Assembly: GCA_900320225.1 (NCBI GenBank)
Contig: ONRL01000001.1
Location: 1,325 to 65,324 of the forward strand
Direction of reading: 5' to 3'
DNA: 64,000 bases
Source: an uncultured Lentisphaerota bacterium
GTDB lineage: Bacteria; Verrucomicrobiota; Kiritimatiellia; RFP12; UBA1067
The notes under the pieces are model-generated. The model did not search any database and was not told the DNA's origin. It was given only the letters and a program-made list of their open reading frames with translations. A program made the translations under genes and the position numbers. Shown here piece by piece: positions 45,172 to 54,100 of the stretch; the stretch's first letter is position 1; each line of letters opens with the position of its first letter.

Positions 45172-48100
45172 ATGCCGAGACCGAATACCCCAACCCGATG
45201 GGACGCCATTCCCGCATTGACGGAAGAGGAGCGCGTCGCGTCGGCGCTCAGCGTCAGCCCGGCCACGGCCACCGACGAGGAGAGCCGCGCGGCCGCGCAG
45301 ACCCTTTCCAGGCAGGTGCTGATCGCGCACCAGATCGCGCAGATGCCGGATGAATCCTTCAAGACCGAGGCGGAGAAATACGCCGCAGCGTCCAAAATCG
45401 TCGAGACCATGACCGGCGCGAAGGACCTCGACGGCCGCCTCTGGAATGGGGGCAAGCCGTTCAAGACCGGCAAAGAATACCTGATGAGCGTCCGCGACGT
45501 GCTGACCCGTGGCATGACGGCGGCGGCCGATCCCGACCTCCAGGCGTGGCTGGCCATGTCGGACGAGGAGAAGGACGCGAAACTCGAGCGCGAGCAGGGC
45601 TTCCTCTCGTCCTTAGCCGAGGGCGTGGGCGACGCGACGTCGCAAGTCGCCGCGCATTACGGCATCAACACTGAGCTCTCGGAGAGCGAATATGAAGCGG
45701 CTCCGGAGGACGTGCGCAACGCGAGCTTCATGCTGTCGCGCGACGACACGCCGCAGGCCGAGCGGGACAAGTACGGCGCGACGATCCGCGAGTGGCGCAC
45801 GGGAGAATGGCGGAAACTCCAGCGCCGCAGCGAGTACGAGGCGAAGCTGCGCCGCAAGAACGCGCTCCTCTACCTTCCGGACATGATCAAGTCGCTGAAG
45901 ACCGATGAGGCCAAGACGCTCGCGGGCGAACTTGCACAGGACCCTTCCGCGATTCCGGACAACTGGGAGGCACGCCTGAGGCGCCTGCCCACGCACGACA
46001 TCGAGACGCTGGCGCAGATTCGCGGCATGACGCGCGAGCAGACCGAGGGCGGCTTCTTCAACTGGCTCGGCGACATGGGCATCGGCGTATACAACGCCGC
46101 GCGCGGACTCGTCAACGGGCCGTACCAACAGCTCGAGAAGTACGGCGCGATGGCCATGGGGTTCGACGAAAACCTCATCAACGAGACGATCCGCCGCAAG
46201 CACGCGCTCTGGAGCGCGTACGCGGGCTGGAGCTCGCCCGTCGCGCCGCTCTCCGACCAGCACGGGGCCGTCGCGAACTTCACGATCGGCCTCGCGTCCG
46301 CCGTTCCGTTCATCGCCTCGATGAAGCTGAAGGCGCTCGGCTACGTCGCGTGCGCGGGCGAGATGATGTCAGAGGCCGACGCCCAGGCCGCCGCAGCCGG
46401 CGTCGACACGACGAGCTTAGAGTACAACGCGATCAACCTCGTCGCAGGCGGCACCTACGCCTACATGCTGAAGGCCGTGAGCCCGAAGTTCTTCGGCGCG
46501 TCCGCGAACGGCGCGGCCGAGGAGATGGCCCTGCGCACCGCGTTCATGAAGGGCGTGCTGAGCGGCGTCGCGAAGCTCGACACCGTCAAGATCGCGTCCC
46601 AGCGCACGGCCGCCGGCTCGCTGATGATGGCCATGCAGCAGTCGATCGCAGCCGTGAACAACGACCTGCACCTCGGCGGAGACGCCTGGAACGACGCCGC
46701 GAAGAGTTTCACGGAGACGTTCGTCTCGTCCATCCCGGACATGCTCGCATTCACGGGATACGGGATCCTCGAAGGCCACGCCCGCGCGTCCGGCGGGTTG
46801 CCGAAGATGTTCACGGCCGAGGGACGCGCCAACCGCTCGCAGAACCTCCGCGAGGCCGTGGAGAACGCCTTCGCCGTCAGGACGGCGATCGTCGGGAATG
46901 AGCAGATAGACAATCTGCGTAAGGCAACCATTTTGAATCAACTCTCCGCCATGAGCCGTGCATGGACAGAGGGGGGCGAAGCTGGACTGAGAGGCCTTGG
47001 CCTGAAGCCTGCGGAGATAACCGAGGCGAAGGATTACTTCGAAGCTGAATGCAAGCAGCTTGGCGCGGCAGAGAAGCTGGGGGAACTTGACTCCATCCTC
47101 GACGAGCAGGGGGCGAGGGGAGAATTCGATCCGTACGTGTTCGCGGAGCGAAACGAGGCCGCAAGACGCTACGATGAACTGGCGCGCGACTACTCTGTCA
47201 AAACAGACCGCCTGCACAAGAGGATCATCGAGAAGATGCTCGATGAGAAAGGCACGCTGCGCGACATCGCGTCCGTGCGCAACGTCTGGGCGCAAGGCCA
47301 CGCCGTCGGTGCGGGAATGGCCGACGGCACCGACGCCGGCGCCGCCGCGCTCGTCAAGGCCGGCTTTACACCGGAAGACGCCGCGATTCTCTCCCGCGAG
47401 TTCGGCGCGGAGCGCAGGAACATGTACTCGCCCGCCGCGACCGAGGCATTGCGCGAGATGTACACGCGCTCCACGCGCGGGATGGTGGAGGCGCACGCCG
47501 CGCTCGCGAGCGCGTTCAAGGGCAAGGTGCGCACCGAGAACGGGCGCGTGCTGATCGACCTCCCGATGCCGGACGGCGGCACGGGCACGCTCGCCGTCGA
47601 GACGGAAGATCTGTCGCAGAGATTCTACGGCGCGGCGGGAAAAGACCCGGAGCTGGCGCGCCAGATCGAAAGCATTGTCACGCGCCTCGGCGGCCATGTG
47701 ACAGCTGACGCCTGGATCAACATGACGGACGCCGAGCGGCGCCGGATCGTAAAGGAATTCCATCTTCAGGACGAAGGCTACTTCATGCTGACGGATCCGG
47801 CCGACCCGTCGCTGCATGTCGATTCCGGCGACGCCGACGCCGTGATGGGCGTGATCCGTCTCGACCCGACCGCAGACCCCGGTGTAGGCTTCCACGAGTC
47901 GATGCACGGTTTCCTGCGTTTCTGCCAGGAGACGGGCTTCTTCGACGAGGCCGACGTCAAATGGCTCACGGACACCTACGGCACGCCGCAGAACGCGAAG
48001 GAGCAGTTGAACGAGGAGAGCGCGGCCGACGGCTTCCGCCAGTACCTCGCGAAGCGCATGGCGGGCTCGTTCGCCGAGGAGCCTGGCCCGTTCCGCAAGC

Positions 48101-51100
48101 TGTTCGGCCTCATCAGCCGCATCCGCCACCTGCGCGACAGCCGTGCGGCGACGGAACGCCTCGCCGCGAACGCCGAGGAGGCGCTGTACGACGCGTTCCT
48201 CGCGGGCAAGTACCAGCACGTTCGCGACCTCACTTTCGCCGAACCCGTCGCGCCCAAGGCCGAGACGGGCACCGGCACCGAAGCGCCGCAGACCGGCGCG
48301 CCGACGCCAGCGCCGACACCGGCGCCGACTCCGGCACCGGCACCCGCACCGACTCCAGCGCCGACGCCCGCACCGGCGCCCGCGCCCGCGCCGCGCGTCG
48401 TCTCGTTCGAGGCGCTGACGCCGACCGGCGGAAAGAAGGTCAAGGGACACTACGAGATCGTCCCGCTCGCGTCGCTGCTGCACTCCAACATGGCCGGCTA
48501 CCCGATGGAGCTCCAGCAGCGCGACCGCAAGGGCAACAAGGGCGAGGAGCAGACGCGCGAGGAGCACATCGCAAACTTCGAGCCGGGCTACCTGCTGGCG
48601 GATCCGAAGACAGACTCCGGCGCGATGGTCGTGGCACGGCGTCCTGGACCGGACGGCAAGCCGCAGCTCGTCGTCGTCTCGGGGAACGGGCGCACGATGG
48701 TCCTGGAGGAGATGGCCAAGCGCAACCTCTACGACCGCTACCGCAACCGCATGAAGGAATGGGCGAAGGAGAACGGCGTCGAGAACACCGTCGCGGACGC
48801 AGACAATCCCGTCCTCGTGCGCGTGGTGGACGAGCTCGGCGGCGCCACGCTGAAGGAGCTGGCCGACCTCTCGAACACAAACGCGATCCAGCAGATGAAC
48901 GAGGAAGAGCAGGCCCGCGCCGACGCCGACCTCGTGCGTTCGCTCGACCTCGCGAAGCTCTACAAGCCGAACATGGACGGCTCCGCGAACATGGCCGCCG
49001 GAGCGAGCGACGAGTTCTTCCGCGAATTCGTGCGCGCGACGGGCGACACCAGCCTGCTCAATTCCGACGGCACCTTCACCGAAGCCCTGCGCATGAGGGC
49101 GCGGCGCGCACTTCTCGCAATCGCATGCGGACAGGGCGAGCGCGGGCGCGACGTCGTGAAGAAGCTCGTCGAGGACACCGATGCGCTCGGCATCGACCGC
49201 CAGAAGGACACGGCCGCCGCGATCGCGCCGCACGTCGCGGCCATCGAGACGCGTCCGGAATACGCCATCGGCCCGGACGTGAGCCGCGCGTTCGCGGACT
49301 ACATCGAGTTCCGCGAGAACCGCGACACGGGCAAGAAATGGGGTACGCTCGATGAGTACCTGAAGCAGGGCGACATGCTCGACCAGCGCAGCGAGATAGC
49401 CGAGGCGGTCATGCGGCTCCTGGACGATCCGAAGAGCGCGCCCGTGCTGGCCGAGACGGTGCGCCTCTACGTCGAAGCCGCCAAGGGCGAAACGGACGGC
49501 CTCTTCGGCGCTGCCCGGACACGCGCCGAGATATGGCGCGACGCCGCAAAGGCCGTTAACGTTGAAGCCGCAGAAAAGCGCTACTCGATCGCGGGCAAGG
49601 TGGCCGCCTCAAACATGGGCATCAAGGGCGCGGGCGACGCCGAGGCCATGGAGAAGGCCGGCAAGGATCGCGAGGAGATATGGCGCACGACCGGATGGTG
49701 GCGCGGCAAGGACGGCCGGTGGCGCTTTGAGCTGCCGTCCGTGAAGATGAAGAGCGAAAAGGAGATCGAGGCTGCGCTACGGGAGGGAATAAACGGCCTT
49801 CGCGGCGGAAGCAGCGAAACGACGCTTGAAAAAGTGCTGGACGCTCCGGCGCTGTTCGAGGCCTATCCGCGGCTTAAGAAAACAAAGATCGTATTCTCTC
49901 CGGAACACGACGACAAGACCGGCGGATGGTACGACGCCGGAAAGAACGAGATCGTCCTGCTCGATACGGGTATAAAGGATCTAAGGCATCGGCCGAAGCA
50001 CGAACAGGACCTCTACGATACTTACCAGCAGGTAATAAACTCGGACGAGTTCCTTCAGAAGCGGTTCAGCAACATGGATGCGTTCGGCATCAAACACGGA
50101 ACGGCCGAGGAAGAGAGGGCGCTGGCGAAAGACTGGATCGCGAAATTTGACAAGAGCATTCAGGACGAAAACGCCGCAATAGTCAGAGATCTTGTAAAAG
50201 ATCGTGGGCCGTACAGCGCATTCGGCAAGATCGTCCACGAGGTGCAACATTCCGTGCAATACATGGAGACATTCGCAAAGGGCGGAAACCCTGAATCGGC
50301 AGCCGAATTCGTCAAGAACATGAAGCGCAAGCAGCGAATATGGGCTTACAGACTCGAGGTCGAGGAGACCGCGAAAGAGCTTGGCACGACGAATCCCTAC
50401 GAGATAGAAAGGGCAATCCTCGAGAAGCTGGGAGTGACGAGCCGTGAGCAAATAGCGGGGCTTGAAGCAGATGGATGGATCCCCGACAGGGAGGGAAGAG
50501 ACAAGGGATATAATCTGTTTGCCAGGGGATACGACAAGGAAGGCTACGAAGAAGCCTACAACGAATACCTGGGCGAAATGAGGAAGACCGGCAGGGCCGG
50601 ATGGTGGGAAGGCTCTCCACGAGAGCTTTACAACCGTCTTGCCGGCGAGGTTGAGGCGCGGAACGCATCGCGCCGCGAAGCCATGTCGCCGGAGGAGCGC
50701 GCGGCCACGCCGCCCTGGGAAACCGAGGACGTGCCAGCCGACCGCCAGATCGTCAGGTACTCCGTGACGGCGCAGAGAGTCACGCCCGAAGAGGACGCCG
50801 CGTATGCGGACGCCGTGAAGCGCGGCGACATGGAGACCGTGCGGCGCATGGAGCGCGAAGTTTACGAGCGCATGGGCTACTCGGACGACTCCAGCTACCA
50901 GGGAACGAGCGCGTTCAACGGCGCGGCTCCAAGCAGCAACGCCTACTTCGAGACCAAGGCGGAGCGCATCGAAGCGGCGAAGAACGGCGAGATGGAGGAC
51001 ACTACGACGCTCGGCGACTTCCGCGACGGCATCGACGTCAACAATCTTCAGTTTATCGTGTTTGATCCACGTTCGGAGCGCAACGCCGATCCGATGCGCC

Positions 51101-54100
51101 AGGAGGCAATACGGAACATTCGCGATGTTCTCGACGGCGGCAAAGACACGATAACGATGTACCGCAGCGTCCCGGCCGACGTGAAGGAGGGACAATTCCG
51201 GAACGGCGACTGGATCACGCCGAGCCGCGCCTACGCGGAGGACAACGCCCGCATCCACGGATGGGGCAAGAAGTTCCGCGTCATCGAGCAGGAAGTTTCG
51301 GTCGAAGACGTCTGGTGGGACGGCAACGACATCGCGGAATGGGGCTTCGACGACGGTAAGGGCAGCGTGTACAAGAACACGCGGGCGAACCGCAAGCTGC
51401 TCGGTCCGACCTACGACAACGCGGGCAACCTGATACCGCTCTCGAAGCGCTTCAACGACTGGCTCATGGACGCGCGCTACTCCATCGCGGGCCGTGTCGC
51501 CGCGTCGAATATGGGCATCAAGGGCGCGGGTGAGGCCGAGGCCATGGAGAAGGCTGGCAAGGATCGCGAGGAGATCTGGCGCACGACCGGATGGTGGCGC
51601 GGCACCGATGGTAAATGGCGCGTGGAGATCCCGGACTTCACGCTAAAGATGGACACGATTGGCAGGGAAGCCAACGAAAGCGACCCGGATTACTTCGTGC
51701 GCAAGCGGAAGTTGCCAGACATCATCACCGACACCCGTCTCTTTGAGGCGTACCCGGAACTGAAGAAGATCACGGTCGAGACGCCGCATCACGATACATT
51801 CGGCGGGGCCAGCGTCCTGGGTGACTACAACGGCAAGAGGCGCATCCGACTGAACACATGGGCGATGATGTACGATCCGGAACAGGTTCGCAGTACGCTC
51901 GCGCATGAGATACAGCACGCGATCCAGTACATCGAGGGTTTTGCCAAGGGCGGCAACCAAGGCCAGTTCAAGGAGGCAGACCCGTGGGCACTGCGCCGAA
52001 AGGCGAAGGCGGAGCGCAGGCGCGGCAACGAGACCGAAGCCGCACGTCTGGAAGCCGAGGCCGAGGAGATTGAGGAAAATGCGCTCGAAGGACATGTGAT
52101 CGAAAATGGCGAGGTGTACGAGGACACGTTCGAGGCTTACCAGTCGCTCGCGGGCGAGACCGAATCACGCAACGTCGAGAAGCGCCTTGCCATGACGCCG
52201 GAAGAGCGCGCGGCCACGCCCCCCTGGGCGACTGAGGACGTGCCCGCCGACCGCCAGATCGTCAGGTTCTCCCTCGTCGGCAAGCGTCCGGACGGGATCG
52301 AAGTGTTCAGCACGCGCTCCGTGGACGACATGACCAACGCTCAGCGGCGCGACGAGTTCCTACGTAAACTTAAGGAGGATTATAAGGGACGCACGGCGCG
52401 TTTCGTTGCGGACGGCAAGACCTACTATGCGACATTCGGCGATGATGATGTCGGCAAACTCGTATACGGAGACAATAAAACATCTCCTCGAAACAAGAAG
52501 GTAAAAGATCGAATCGGCGCGGCCGGTGATATATTTGATCTCGTCGAGAACTCTCGTTTCAAGGGACCTGGGAAAGAGCGCGGAAAGAAAACGGATGCTC
52601 ACAGGAACGTTGAGAGATGGGATTATTTCGTCAAGACCGTCCAGATCGACGATGGCATGTACGACGTGCGAATCGAAGTGCGGAGTAAACCCAGCAGGAC
52701 GGGTCAGTTGAAGGACGAATTCGTCTACAACGTGTTCTTGAACCACAGCAAGAAAAAAGCCGACCTTCGGTTCCTATCATGGGCAGAAGCCTTAGCAGGC
52801 GATGCCTCCGTCCGTAACGCGAACGTCACGGCTCTCAGACCCGAAAAGTCGGATGCGGAAAGTGTACCAAATCCCTCCGACGAAATCAAGGCCGATCCGG
52901 AGTCTTTTGCGCGGCGCTCGATCGTCTCGCGCGTAATCGACGGCGACGCCGAGGAACGCGAATCCGCGCTCGTGGCGTTCGTCGCCGAGCGCGCGCTCAG
53001 GCACGGCCCGAAGCCGAACGCCTTCAAGACCATCGCGCGGCTCGGGCTGGAGATGGGGCTCAAGACCGTGAACGCATCCAATATCGTCAAGAAAGGCGAG
53101 GCTCTTGCCGACCGCGTGCGCGGCACCGTCATCGAGAAGGCGATCCGCAAGGGCGACGTCGCCACGGCCACGGCCCTTCTCGCCCGCGAAAGCGACATCG
53201 ACCGTCTCGTCGCCGGCGCAGCCGGTCAGGGCGGCCAGCTCGTCCGCGCAGGCGAGGGCAAGATCAAGAGCTTCCTCGACCGCGAGATCGAAAAGCATAT
53301 CCGTTCGTTCAACGCCGCGTCGCTCGCGGACGTGGAGCGCGACACCGGCATCGACATCGCGGGCGAGATCCTGGCCAACAGCCCGGAGAGGTTTGATCCG
53401 AAGGGATCGGCGAAGCGCGAGGAAGCCAAGGCCGAAGCCGGCGAGGCTGGAGGCGAGGAAGGTGCCGTGCCCGGCGCCGGCGCGCCCGACGAGGGCAACA
53501 TCACCGACTTCGAGCGTGCCCGCCGCGAGCGCGTGCGCAAGGAGGCCGAGGAGCGCGTCGCCAAGATGATCGCCACGGCCAAGCAGCGCGCGGAAGAGGC
53601 CGAGAATCAACGCGCGGAATGGGAGGCGCAGCGCGAAGAGCGCAAGCGCCAGGCCGAAGCCGCAGCGGCGGCCGGCGAAGCCGGCGAGGCCGGCGAGGCC
53701 GGTGGCGGCGCCGGTGGTGGTGGCGAAGGCGGCGGCGTCGGTGGCGAGACCGTCACGCCGGAGCGTCCGAAACTCTCCACGTTCGCCGACTTCAAGTCGC
53801 CCGAGGAGTTCGCCGCGTTCTTCCGCGTCTGGGCCGAGGAGCGCTACAAGAAGGAACACGGCGCATCCACACTCGGCAAGCACGAGGAGAAGCGGCTCTT
53901 CCCGGAGTTCTACCGCAAGGCCGTCGTGCGCGAGCTGCAAGACCTGGCCGACAAGCTCCTGCCGCCCAAGGGCGCGCGCGCGACCGTCAACCGCTGGCTC
54001 GGCGAGATCCAGCCCGGCGTGAAGCCCGACACCCTCGAGCGCATTTCGGCCGACATCTTCAAGTACATCAACCGCAACGCGATCCGCGAGAGCCGCACGG

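Noticed and set aside
48298-48393. Short tandem-like DNA repeat considered as a possible CRISPR or VNTR
   Set aside because: The units are imperfect and contiguous with no spacers, and they are in frame. They encode an (A/T)P linker within the giant protein.
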